A stretch of DNA of 64,000 bases from Bugula neritina (GCA_964035545.1 OZ037767.1:22088628-22152627), one strand, 5' to 3'. Numbered from the stretch's first letter, positions 1 to 26,327 are shown. Notes: generated from the letters alone by a model not told the origin. Program-made: numbers and translations.

Positions 1-141
1 GTGGAACTTATATAAAGTTGACACAGACAGCTTGCTTTTGTTAAAGCAACTGCTGCTTTCAACTTAATACCGCTGTTGGAGTGTGCAACGTAAAAATATT
101 ATTAAGATGGCTGATTATTTATCATTTGATCTCTATTGCAG

Positions 142-2374
142 GTCGACGACTTCTTGAAGCAGAGCAATCAAGGAATGCCTTTGTCTGCAGTTTATGTGGC
201 AGGCAATGCCCTGGCAGCAGTAGCAGCAGCTTTCCTCCTGCCAGGTCTGCTATGCAAGCCAATCAGCAAGTGTATGCCAGGAGACAGAAGCAGCACAGTG
301 GTAAGGCAACTTCAGTCCCAAAATTATCGAATATTAGAAAAGTGATGAATTACTGCTTCGAAAAATATTTGTCCTTGTCTTAAACTGCAGATTTGGGTTT
401 AATGAGGTTCCTAGAATATTAAATTATTTCCAATTCAATACAATCAAGTATCACATTAACCTGGGGGTCATCTCAGTCATTAGTAGTTGCATTATCTATT
501 ATAAAAAACATAATGCAAATTCTCATCTTATTACTGTGTTATTATTCAGCAACTTTTGTTAGAAAGTAGCTTTTCCCTAGACATCACGTCATTACACATC
601 TAAATAATATTATGAGCATTCTAAGTGAAACTGACTTTCAATTATACAAAGCAAGTAAATTGTCCAATACAAAATAGAATGAATAGCAAGGGATTATTTA
701 GTAGTAAAGTTAACAATAAATACATCATCATGAAACTTAACAAATGTTTTAGCAATTGCCATGATCTTAATGATTTCACATTGAACAATATGATTCAGCC
801 CTTATTAAATAGAACTGTTATTCCAATTTCTCATACATTTAGGACAATATTCTGTATAAAAATTGTATGGTAATATAAAAGAAATACTTTTTCCTTGACT
901 TAACATACTTTTATAAAATTTAGAAATTTAGTTTTAAAAATGACACACACAATACATTGCATGCACATTTTTACAAACACAAAGCTTTTTTATATTTGTA
1001 AAATTATTTTAAACTGTTATGGCAGCTACAACAAAAAAACACTACCGAGGTATTACTATTTTGGTAAAATAATTGTTCTCAATGGGGTTTGAACCCGATA
1101 CCTCCAGATTGCAAGTAGTTGAGCTAATCATTGCATCACTGGCACTACTGGGTAGACGCCATTCTACATCCCACCCAGTTCTCAAAAACTTCACTGGCCT
1201 CTCTACTACTCCATCAGTTTTCAGGCTCCCCTGGCCACTCAGCTTCCTTGGAGTACTACTGTACTTCACTAAAGGTCGAAATAGCCCCCAATGAGATTCG
1301 CACCCAAGACCTCTGGCTTGCAAGCAAGCATGCTAACCATTACACCACAAGGAATTATGAGTAAATGCAACTACAATTTCGTTAACAAAGCTACATGAAT
1401 TTTTATGTCACATCTCATTGTTACTCTAATGTATTGCAACAAAAAAGTAAAAATGCTTACATTCGTATATGTTCAAAAGGCTGTTATCAATCAGAATGTT
1501 CATAATATTATTTAGATGTGTAATGGCGTGATGCCTAGGAAAAAGCTACTTTCTAATAAAAGTTGCTGAATAATAACACAGTGATAAGATGAGAATTTGC
1601 ATTATGTTTTTTAAAGTAATATTGAATTGATCAAATTTACATTTAAACCATATACTGAACATTTATATTGTTTATAGAGCAGTTTGAAGAAGAACTTTAG
1701 GTTATCTTGTTTATTCACAGATGATCGGGGTGATGACTCAGTCGAGCAATTGACTCGTGATTATGAAAGAGATGCTAGAGAGCTCTTTAGTAAGCACAGC
1801 AGAAGAGTAGAAAAAATTCAAGTAGGTTGCACAAACATACTCAATGTTGTACAAATAAGTAGGCTGTGCAGTGTACTCTGTTCATTTACTCCTGGTGTGA
1901 GACATCTAAAACTACAAGATTACTGAGAATAAGTTTTGAGAGTTTGTAAAAGCTACTAGGGCTTTTCTTAAATCTTTGATTTTGAGGTGATGAAAATGCA
2001 TCTTACAGTTTATTTTTCAAAGGCAACTATAATATATTTTTAAACTAAAGGAGCGGTTTTAGAAACTTATGCTTTCATTTAAGCAGACATAAAATAATTT
2101 GAAGTCTACCAGTCATAAAGTCCAAATAGTAATTTTAAGCATTTAGAAACAAAATAAACTTTATACATTAAATTTATTCACAAGAAGTAAGATTATTTTG
2201 CAGGATGAAAGTGAACGCCAAAGGGCTCAAGAGCATATGGATGTGGTTTGGCAGGGAATTGAGTTTGCGTTTAAGAAACTGTGGGAATGGGTGAAAGTGA
2301 AAGCAACTGAGTGGATTCTTGGACGAATTGGTTCTATTGCCAGTTGGATTGGGAAACTGTTCCTTACTGAATAA
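142..2374 (+). CDS. RING + Trp-rich amphipathic-helix protein, paralog 1 (5'-partial; exon 1 lies upstream of the window)
   Basis: Exons 142-300 (xRRLLEAEQSRNAFVCSLCGRQCPGSSSSSFPPARSAMQANQQVYARRQKQHS), 1721-1821 (DDRGDDSVEQLTRDYERDARELFSKHSRRVEKIQ) and 2204-2374 (DESERQRAQEHMDVVWQGIEFAFKKLWEWVKVKATEWILGRIGSIASWIGKLFLTE*). All have GT-AG boundaries with compatible phases (1,1,0). Exon lengths 159/101/171 match paralog 2. Confidence 0.85.
1076..1143 (-). mobile_element. tRNA-derived SINE head or degenerate tRNA-like fragment (intronic)
   Basis: Reverse complement gccagtgatgcaatgattagctcaactacTTGCAatctggaggtatcGGGTTCAAACCCcattg has A-box-like and B-box-like motifs but imperfect stems. Related to 1284-1352. 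Confidence 0.55.
1284..1352 (-). mobile_element. tRNA(Ala,TGC)-like SINE head or tRNA pseudogene (intronic)
   Basis: Reverse complement TGGTGTAATGGTTAGCatgcttgcTTGCAAgccagaggtcttgGGTGCGAATCTC has an A box, a CTTGCAA anticodon-loop-like segment and a B-box-like motif. A related copy lies at ~41706-41775, so it is a dispersed repeat. Confidence 0.65.
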
Positions 2375-3568
2375 ATATTTTTCCTCCGAAGTAGTTTGAC
2401 ATTCAAGTGTAATAGTGGCAAAATTCTTTTAGTCCAAGTTTTTTAATGTTCTTAGTAAGTTTTTGTTTTTTATGCGAGAACCTAACGCTTTTTACTAATT
2501 TTTTAATCATGAACACAAGTTGTTTTCAATCTGTCCATTACTTCACTTAGATTATTTACTCCTAAACAACTCTTTTTGTTACTGCTATTTTACTACTCAT
2601 CCATGCATAACGGAGAACTACATATATCTTCTGAGAGTTGCCTCTGTTCTGTTTCTCAGCTTGACACTAGCTCTTTGTAATTTTACTTTTCAAAAATATT
2701 CCAACAGAAATGCTAATATACTTGAAGCCTCGTTGCATAATTTTCTTCTAAATTTTTGTGATTTATACAAGTTTCTTTTCAATTTAAAATTATGCAAACA
2801 AAACTAGATCAACTTTTTGCACCTAATCAATTTTAATAAATCAGGCGCTAAATCCAAAGATTCAAATAATCTATTATTTAGTTTAGATTGACTTTTTGTT
2901 CTATTGTGAGTAATAATTAAGGAACCAGCCAATAATAAACTTATAGATTAACTGCAATAGCTCCATGCAGAGACAAACGAATATATTTCTAATATTACTA
3001 ATTATCAGACTCACAATACTTGGAAGGTAAAAGGCCAAGTGCTTAAAACGAAATCTCAAAATTACTAATTAAAAATAAACGACACTCAGTGCCGCAGGTT
3101 GACTTAGAGAATGTGGAACTATGCTGAAATATAAAATATATAATACAGCATACAACGTAGCATATAATACAGCATATTGTATAACACCGCTAATAACATA
3201 AAAAGCTTCAAATAGCATGAAATGGAAAAATTTATGTAATAAATAACAGACACCCACACACATACCATATAAATATTAATTTTAGCATAAATATGATTTA
3301 ACATAGCATATAGCCTAAATAAAAGAGCAATAACATGTGTGCGTGCATGTGTGTGAGTGTACTAAAAGGAAACTTACAAGATGTCATCATTGGAAACTGT
3401 GAAGTTGGAAAATCCAGACAGTTAGAAAATTCAAACTAGGTAACAGCAATCACTTTGCTCATCAAGTTCAACTACACATTGCATCATGGACTGCTCCTTA
3501 GATGTTGTTAATGTCTAAGCTGAGTTACTTATAATTTGACAAAGTAAATCACTATCTCTTTAACTACC

Positions 3569-6083
3569 ATGGCATACAAAGAAGCCAATAATCTATCCTT
3601 TGCCAAAGTCATATTTGACGAAGAAGATATCCATGTTTGTGAAGTCTGTTATGAAGAGGAGAACCTGAAGAAGCTGCCATGTGGTCACCTTGAGTGCAAG
3701 ACATGCATTGGTAAGTAGCAACCTATGCTTTATATATTTTTCATTTGATATAGTAAAAGTCGGTAAAATACTGTTAGTTGAAGGGTTGAAACTTATGCTT
3801 AAAATTCTAAACAGAGTCATCCATACTAATCTGTAATTACAAAAATTCTAAAATAAACACGGTTGTCAATTAGGTTATCATAATTTAATAGCAGTAAGGC
3901 TCATCTATCTTCTAAAAAATCTTTTGAAGCAGTCAGCTATATTCTATATAAACTTAATTCTGATAGACACCATATCATATTGATGATTAGTTTTTTCTCA
4001 AATACTTAGTTGTATTTGTTTAATTTTGGACTAACATTTAGGTAGTTTGTGATAAAAACATTTACATACTCAAACCTCAAACCAGCAACATGCAGCAATT
4101 ATTTTGAGTAAATTGTTAATACTTGATTGTAACTTTATAATAGATAGACGCATTGCGACAGCAAAGAGGCAGCACAAGCCATTTAAATGCACAACCTGCC
4201 TAACAACGATATCTGGAGAGTCCAGCAACAGCTTTCCCACAGCTTACCATGCTCTGGATGAGAACAGGTCTTTATATAAGAAAAGAGCTGAATATGCTAG
4301 CAGTAAGTCATAAACCTCTCTCACTATACATGAATGTTGCTACATTTTCTGATACAGTGCTCCTGTATAGCTAATAAATCTCTTTCTCACGAGATTCTCA
4401 CGAGAAGGGCTTGGCTCCCCATTTTTGACTAAGATACCATTGAAAATCTATGATATAAAATTTTTCAAATCAATTTCCAATTTTGAGTAAGTAATGCTGC
4501 CATTTTTGTGGAAGCTTTCTCCTGTATAAACGATAAGGAAGAAGATGGAATGTGTTGCTGAGGTACTTTCATGTGCAGATTAAAGGTCAAATGCAATAAT
4601 GTGTATAAATTGACAAGTTTATATTACATGGCCAGATGTCATTTAATGAGGTATATGTTTATAAACACAGCCCTAGAAACAAAAAGGCTGAATTTAGTAG
4701 GTCATTGAGGTAAATTTGTCCTTCTGCTATGTCACAGATTAAGGTTTCAGGACCTGTTAGCTCAGTGAGATATGGAAGGAGCATTGTATAAAATAACACA
4801 GTAGATATCTGGATGCCAATACTATACCGTCTAGTTATATAACAGCTTATAACCAGTAAGAATAGTTGTCTCTATAACATCAATGCTTCTGATTAAAAAG
4901 AGGTTTTAATATGATGAAGAAACTTGACAGCTATTTAGTAAAACTAATTTATTTATGGTGGCTTGACTTTATGCTTCCATCTTGAATTTTAAAGATATCA
5001 ATATTCAGAAGATTAAGCATTGCATGCATACCAATCAGATGATTACTGAGAAACACTATAGATTTATATTATAAATTGTTTATAGGGATAGATATATTTG
5101 TTTATTATAGGGGTGAATAATTTGTTTATAGGGGTGGATATATTTGTTTATAGGTCGGAATATATTTGTTTATAGGGGTGGATAAATTTGTTTATAGGTG
5201 AGAATATATTTGTTTATAGGGGTGGATAAATTTGTTTATAGGGGTGGATAAATTTGTTTATAGGAGTGGATAAATTTGTTTATAGGTGGGAATATAGATG
5301 AAGAAGAAAGAGAGTCTTATGAAGTAATTGTAATGGACTTTGAAGAAGATGTTCAAAGTTTGCATGATAAGTACAAAATGAGAATGGAAAAGATTCAAGT
5401 AAGAAACATAATTTATTTTTAAATGTATTATGCGATAACAAACAGGTTTATGCAAATCCAAGCATATTGCTATTCAAAGCAATGCAAGCTCTGTAGCCCT
5501 AAAACAAGTTCTCTTGTACCAAGTACAACTTTTGCAGTCAGAAGTACATCATAAATTTAGTAAGCACACAAACCTGCAGGCATCAGTATATAATATTTTT
5601 TTAAACAGTATGCAATTGTACTATTTCCTGAGGAAATATTATTATTAATAAATACAGTATATAATTTGTCATTACACAAGTATTTAAAAGCTGCCGGTCT
5701 ATATCTATTAAAGTGCTGATCTAGGTCATGAGTGTGAGCCCATCAGGGCCATCAGTAATGTCAGAAAAAGCATCCAATCACGATTACTCTTATATCACAG
5801 TAAACTAGTCTTCACCCTATCCGAAAAACTTGCCATCAGAAATTTTCGCAGAGATTATATGGACATGAAAGCAATCATGTTAGTACAATATGCAATTATA
5901 TACTTGTCTCAGAGTGCAGAAGGAAGAAGGAGAGCTCAAGGGTTCATTAGATCAATGATGTCTAAACTGAACTATGCCCTAATGAAGCTGAGAGACTGGG
6001 TAACCAATGCCGTTAAATGGACCTTCAACTGGATAAGTGGGAGAATCAGCAGCTTCATGAGCTGGATGAGCAGTTTTATCTGA
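3569..6083 (+). CDS. RING (C3HC4) + Trp-rich amphipathic-helix protein, paralog 2 (~190-194 aa)
   Basis: accATGg at 3569. Exons: 3569-3710 (MAYKEANNLSFAKVIFDEEDIHVCEVCYEEENLKKLPCGHLECKTCI); 4144-4302 (DRRIATAKRQHKPFKCTTCLTTISGESSNSFPTAYHALDENRSLYKKRAEYAS); 5298 (or in-frame 5286)-5398 (EEERESYEVIVMDFEEDVQSLHDKYKMRMEKIQ); 5913-6083 (SAEGRRRAQGFIRSMMSKLNYALMKLRDWVTNAVKWTFNWISGRISSFMSWMSSFI*). RING spacing is C-x2-C-x10-C-x-H-x2-C-x2-C-x16-C-x2-C. AATAAA near 6336. Confidence 0.9.
5071..5297. repeat. ~22-bp minisatellite (~10 copies) built from the exon-3 splice acceptor of paralog 2
   Basis: Unit about TTTGTTTATAGGGGTGGATAAA. TATAG ends at 5085, 5110, 5131, 5153, 5175, 5197, 5219, 5241, 5263 and 5285. 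Confidence 0.9.
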
Positions 6084-6836
6084 AGTTGAAGTAAATTTAG
6101 TTACATACACATGCTATGTTGTGAGACATTAAATTCCGTGACATAATGGTACCAAGTGCTGCAAAAGTGGTAACATGCTAGAGCATGTGTCACTTCAAAA
6201 ACTTTGTGACTCAAATTATTGCTGCTATAAAATTTATCAATTTCATTTTTATACAATTTCAAGTACACGGAAGCATTGGTTCATCAGTGTGTCATTAAAA
6301 TGCTATTAAATATTGTTACATTTAATGCTTTTCTAAATAAAACTCATATTTTGTAACACCATATAGTAGAGAACTGTATTTGGTTAGTTGTGCCATACTG
6401 TCAACACCAGTTTTATTGTTATATAAATGTCAATAAAAACATGTACTTTCTCGGATCAATTATGACTGTTGATAATTATAGATTCTCTGTTATATGGCGT
6501 AGTTTACTTGGTTGGTTTAAACCAAGATAATTTTGTAATAGTCTTATTCCTGGTTGCTTACAATTCGCTATTGCTAAGTATACCTTTATCCTGACCAGTA
6601 TATGACCATAGACATGATGAAGTAGATGCCCAGCTGTGTCCTACAATGATCTGAATAGAATTTGGGACTAGTTGTTAGTTTATTCAGTATTTATGTGAGG
6701 CTAACTTACTGATAGTAATACTTTAGGCAATGTGTATTTCCTAATATATGTAGCACCTTTTTAATATTCCTTATTCAATTGAATCAGCAGAAAATTGTAT
6801 TATATTACATTAAAAACGTAGCTTCATGTTTCTGCG

Positions 6837-6923
6837 AGTGTTCGAGTGTGTTGTGTGTGTGTTGTGTGTGTGTGTGTGTTTGTGTCTGTGAGTGTATGAG
6901 TGTATGTGTGTGTGTATGTGAGT

Positions 6924-6958
<35 letters not shown>

Positions 6959-7113
6959 CTGCGTGTGTTGTCTGTGTGTCTTGTCTGTGTGAGTGTGCGA
7001 GTGTGCGAGTGTGTGTGTGTGCTGTGTGTGTGCGTGTGTGTGTGTGTGGTGTGTGTGTGTGTGCGAGTGTGTGCGAGTGTGCGAGTGTGCGGGTGTGTGC
7101 GAGTGTGTGCGTG

Positions 7114-7152
<39 letters not shown>

Positions 7153-7166
7153 TGTGTGTGTGTGTA
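6837..7166. repeat. Imperfect (GT)n microsatellite
   Basis: About 330 bp of GT/GCGT/GAGT repeats. It explains the poly-CV and poly-HT ORFs. Confidence 0.95.
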
Positions 7167-7181
7167 TAGCTATGTGTGTTG

Positions 7182-7231
7182 TCTGGTTGGTTATTTTCAG
7201 CAAGTGCACTTGCTAAAAATAACCAACCAGA
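7182..7231. repeat. 50-bp near-perfect spacerless palindrome
   Basis: tctggttggttattttcagcaagtg|cacttgctaaaaataaccaaccaga: 25-bp arms with one mismatch. Confidence 0.85.
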
Positions 7232-7912
7232 GCTTTATAAAAGAATATCTGCAATAACACCGAAACAAGAACAACCACTTTTGATTATTCTTCTGCAGTC
7301 AAAAACAATAGTATCTTTATTTTTAGCTCTAGGGGAAAACTATGGCGTGCTCTTGCAACAATGTTTATTTCCACTTGGTCTATATGTTTAACTTTGTTTG
7401 GCACTTAGAATTTAGAAAAGAAACTACTTTTAAATTGACTGAGAATAATGCATCACACTCCAACCATAAACTAGATTTTGAGCTATTAGCAAAAAAGTCT
7501 CCATCCATGTGCTTATTTGTACTGCTTGATTAGCTAATAGAACAGGCAGTTTATCTGAGGGAATGACACACTGGATTTACAAAGGTATTATAGCGGTTTC
7601 ACTATTTCAAGGTCAAGCAAGCACATACTATATTATCATGTAACAAGAGCAAGTTAATATCATAGCAACTTCAGTTTCATTTGATCAGGTCAGGCAGTTT
7701 CACTATGTTTGGCAGTTTCATTGGTTCAGAGATTTTATACTCTATTAGTGTCACAGTAGCTATTATCTTTAGTTACGTTTGATAAGAGCTAGCAGTTTCA
7801 TTATAGTAGAGATTTATACTTGCAGGAAAGTGAGCAGTTTCTTTTTGATTAAACCTTTAAGCTTTCAGTTTAGCTAAGTCAAATAGGCTGAAGAGAAGAT
7901 TCTACCTTCAAA

Positions 7913-9692
7913 ATGGCAGAAAGAGCAACAGTTCAACGACTTTGCAGGTTATCGACAGTAATACTTGAAAAAGAAAAAGTGTACACTTGTTGCCAGTGTT
8001 ATGAAGACAACGATAGTCTAAGACTGCTGTCATGTGGTCACATATTGTGTCAATCTTGTATTAGTAAGTTCTAAACTACTGTAATAGATTACAGCTACAG
8101 CTCTATCTAACTTTTATAGGGCATTTAAATTGCTTCACAGTCTGAAGGGATGCTTTTTGCGATAGATTTGTGCTTGCTGTTTTCATAAACTTATGGTTAT
8201 GGTTTCCAAACACTGAATGAAAAATTCATTCCTATATCTAATGCAAAGTTTAGAAACGCAGCAGCACATGAGATTTTAGCTAAAATCAATCTATTAATAA
8301 AATTAAGCAAAAGCCTAAGTTTTTAGGGATACAAAATGCTGGCTAAGATTGATACCAATTGTTAAATTGTTAGGGTGTGAAATTTAGAAAGTAGTTGTAG
8401 CATAAGATTTCCTTCATCAACAATTTAAAATGATTGGTATTGTTTTACCTCTCATATTGAAGGTGTTTTTCTTGGCTTGGAGTGAGTCCACCAAAGTATA
8501 TGTAGATATTAAAAACCTCAATAAAAGTTTGAACAGGGTGATGTCCTATAGTGATCAATCATTCGTTTTATTTCAGACAAGTTTTAACATTTACCAATTA
8601 ATGTAATTGATTTGTAAGTGAATGCAATTTTAGAGGAGGGATATATTCGAGCATGCACGAGGTCTATCAACCTTCTGTGTCCTGAATGCCAAGATGTAAT
8701 ATACGAAGCACCAGAGGATGGGGATGTTGATTACTCAAATAATCCTCTTCTTGATTCGCTTCCACCTGCTGAAAAATTCATTGAATCAAACCAAAAGGTT
8801 CATAAAAAGAGGGGTGGATTTCTTAGTGGTAAGAAATCAGCCTTATTATATGAATATTATTTTTGGACTAGTTTGTTGCTGAAGACAAATAGCCAGTAAT
8901 TATTGGGTGGTTGAATTAACATTTAGTCTTTATAATCTATAATTAGTTGAGTACAGTAAGCAATAGAAGCAAATAATGTTATTCTTTGCTCTGTTACATT
9001 CTATCCTAGCCATCTGTTTAGTTTTATTTTGAAATATAATTTTTGGAAAAAAATTTCAAATTTAGGCTTTTTTATAAATTTATCTTCTTAAATTTTTACT
9101 TTTAGCTTGTCATAAAACGAATCACTTACTATGTAGGTACCCGTATTTATTTACTGGGAATTGGGATATTGTATTAAATATCTAATATACGCATGTGTGT
9201 ATAATTGGTAAAGGTTGGAGACAACCAAGTAAAGGAGACACGTATAAAAGTGTGGCCATGGATTTTCAAAAGGATGTAACTGAATTGTTCAGCAAACACG
9301 AGAAACGTTTAGAAAAAACACTGGTAAGACCATTTTTGCAGTGCAGAATAGTTTAACCACTAAGTTCCTTTCAAATTCTATTGTTACGTGATATTGCAAC
9401 TTTTAGTAGTGTAACTCTATTCATGTTTTTTAACTTCATCTGATTTTATCATACCTTTTCAAAGAGATTTGCTATTTAAATACTACATTCTGATTGTTAA
9501 AATAGTTGAAGCCGTTGTGTGTTTTAGGATCCTGATGTACGAGTAGCCTCAAAGAAGCGCCTGGATCTTCTCAAGAGAGAAATACAGTTTGGTTTCGTCA
9601 AAATATTTCAATGGATAGACGGAAACCACCCATGGATAGGAGATCGAATGGAGACGTTCAATGAGTGGATTAGCAGGCTTTTTCAGCAGTAA
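7913..9692 (+). CDS. RING (C3HC4) + Trp-rich amphipathic-helix protein, paralog 3 (~206 aa)
   Basis: aaaATGg at 7913. Exons: 7913-8063 (MAERATVQRLCRLSTVILEKEKVYTCCQCYEDNDSLRLLSCGHILCQSCI); 8634-8828 (KEGYIRACTRSINLLCPECQDVIYEAPEDGDVDYSNNPLLDSLPPAEKFIESNQKVHKKRGGFLS); 9214-9323 (GWRQPSKGDTYKSVAMDFQKDVTELFSKHEKRLEKTL; acceptor could be the in-frame 9235); 9528-9692 (DPDVRVASKKRLDLLKREIQFGFVKIFQWIDGNHPWIGDRMETFNEWISRLFQQ*). Same intron phases (1,1,0) as paralogs 1 and 2. AATAAA near 9853. Confidence 0.88.
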
Positions 9693-10821
9693 TATGTTGT
9701 ATATGAGATCTGAAACTAATTTTAGAACTGTAATAAGAGTTTTTTTATTTTATGATTATGTATAAAAACAGCTAGCTTTTATTTGTGGGTGCCACATTAC
9801 ATATGCTTAAAAATTTATGAAAGCTTGTAGCAGGCATGTATATGCTAATGCAAATAAACTGTTTTTGCAAAACATTATTCAATAATAATAATAATATTTT
9901 ATTTTACGAAGTAATATGAGTAATTTGATTATGTTTGAGTTCAATGCAACATTTTACTCACACTGTATATAATTTGTGTTGCTAGAGTTTACCCACATAA
10001 TTATTCATTAGCAAAAGTCAAAATGAGCTGTGATGAAGTCTCAGTATCAATTATATTTAAATACAAACTATCAAACTGCATACTTTGTTACTCGTCATTA
10101 CTTGCCTTACTTATGCATACTACATAACAAATGTATAGCATTCACTCATGCAGTATATTATTATTCATTATCTTCAATATATAATATAATATAATATAAC
10201 TATATATAAAATGTAGAGTTCATACTATATAATAATATGAGCCCATGCACAATTTATATTAGGCCATAACAACTCAAAAGTTATGTAGTTACATGGGTAG
10301 CAGCATCAAACATGTGACAGAGCAGATTGTGGTTTCACAGTTTACTGTTGAAGTGCACTAAGATCCAAGGTTGAGGTTTCTGACAGTGCATAAAGGGCCA
10401 TAATATTCTAGCATGTTACCATTGATTGTAGTGTTTGCATTTACAGCTAATTATGATAAAAAAAATTATTGCTACCGGCATGACATTGCTATTGCGCGAT
10501 CATTATTATAATGATTGTTACAAGTTATATTAAAAGCATGAGTTGTTTTCTCTTTCCAATCGTGTTTCATTTGAAGTATTTGGTACTACCATAAATTCGT
10601 AATTTTATACCATAGTAATCAATTCAAAAGCTATACTTGCGTGGCAGTGAAATGGGAGGTGCTAAAAGATAGTCATGCCCATTTAAATCTTTTTTAGTTG
10701 CAGTTTCGTTTTAAGCTGCAGCAAGAGAGTAGATGAGCAGATGTACCGTCATTAAATTTGAAGCCGAGTATTTCTATTAGAAAGTTCCACGGGTACCGTT
10801 TTATTATTTACGTTGAAGAAA

Positions 10822-25554
<14,733 letters not shown>

Positions 25555-26327
25555 AGACAAGTGGAGTTAGAAATCTTTGTGTCTCTGCATTAAATTTACT
25601 AGAATCATTTGTGTCTTAGACAACACATAGTCTTATCACGAGGGTTACCAAATATTGTGCTTAGAAAATATTTGCTGTAATTTTTATACTATTCACATAT
25701 AGGTATCATGTTGGTAAAAATTAACTTCCAAAAATTAGTTATAAAAGAGATTTTCTGCAACATCTAGATTCTAGGCTGTATTGAATTGCTTAAAATTATT
25801 TGAAATTTGTATTGATTTTTTTAACTTGTGTTAGCCTATCATGATGATTCAATTTATTTTCTGATGTGCTATACTCCATGACATGAATATACATTTTCTT
25901 ATGCTTTAAAATAAAAGTAGAAATGTTGCCATTTTATTTTTGTTTTTTGATACAATCTGACTTCCATTTTACATTTTGTTTACATATGAGCATAATATAT
26001 GCAAGATTTATTTATTAAGCGGTAAGAGATATACATGCTTTGTGGCAGTGGAAAAAGTTGATAATCTAAAGTCTTTGTATATAATGCTTCAACATGCAGT
26101 AATAATCGCGTTGAACAGTAATATGAAAAAATATATGATAATAAAATGTATTACTTATACGTTTTTATTTAAAGCACCATTTCAGGGTGTAAAGTAATGA
26201 GTTTAAAATGAAATAACTACAACCTTCACAGATATAATGTAAGTAAAAGATAAAAGAACAGCAGTTTTGAATTTATTTCTATTATATAATGTCTTCATAG
26301 AAGCATTCTGGAATGTATTGTAAAAGT

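Noticed and set aside
6779-7257. Cys/Val-rich and His/Thr-rich ORFs
   Set aside because: Translations of a (GT)n microsatellite.
142-9692. Idea that the RING genes next to PEX6 are the RING peroxins PEX2/10/12
   Set aside because: Those have a C-terminal RING after a multi-TM Pex2_Pex12 domain. These proteins have an N-terminal RING and are only ~200 aa.
10733-10780. Upstream ATG as the PEX6 start
   Set aside because: It closes at TAG 10778-10780 and is out of frame, so it is at most a uORF. ATG 10822 was used.
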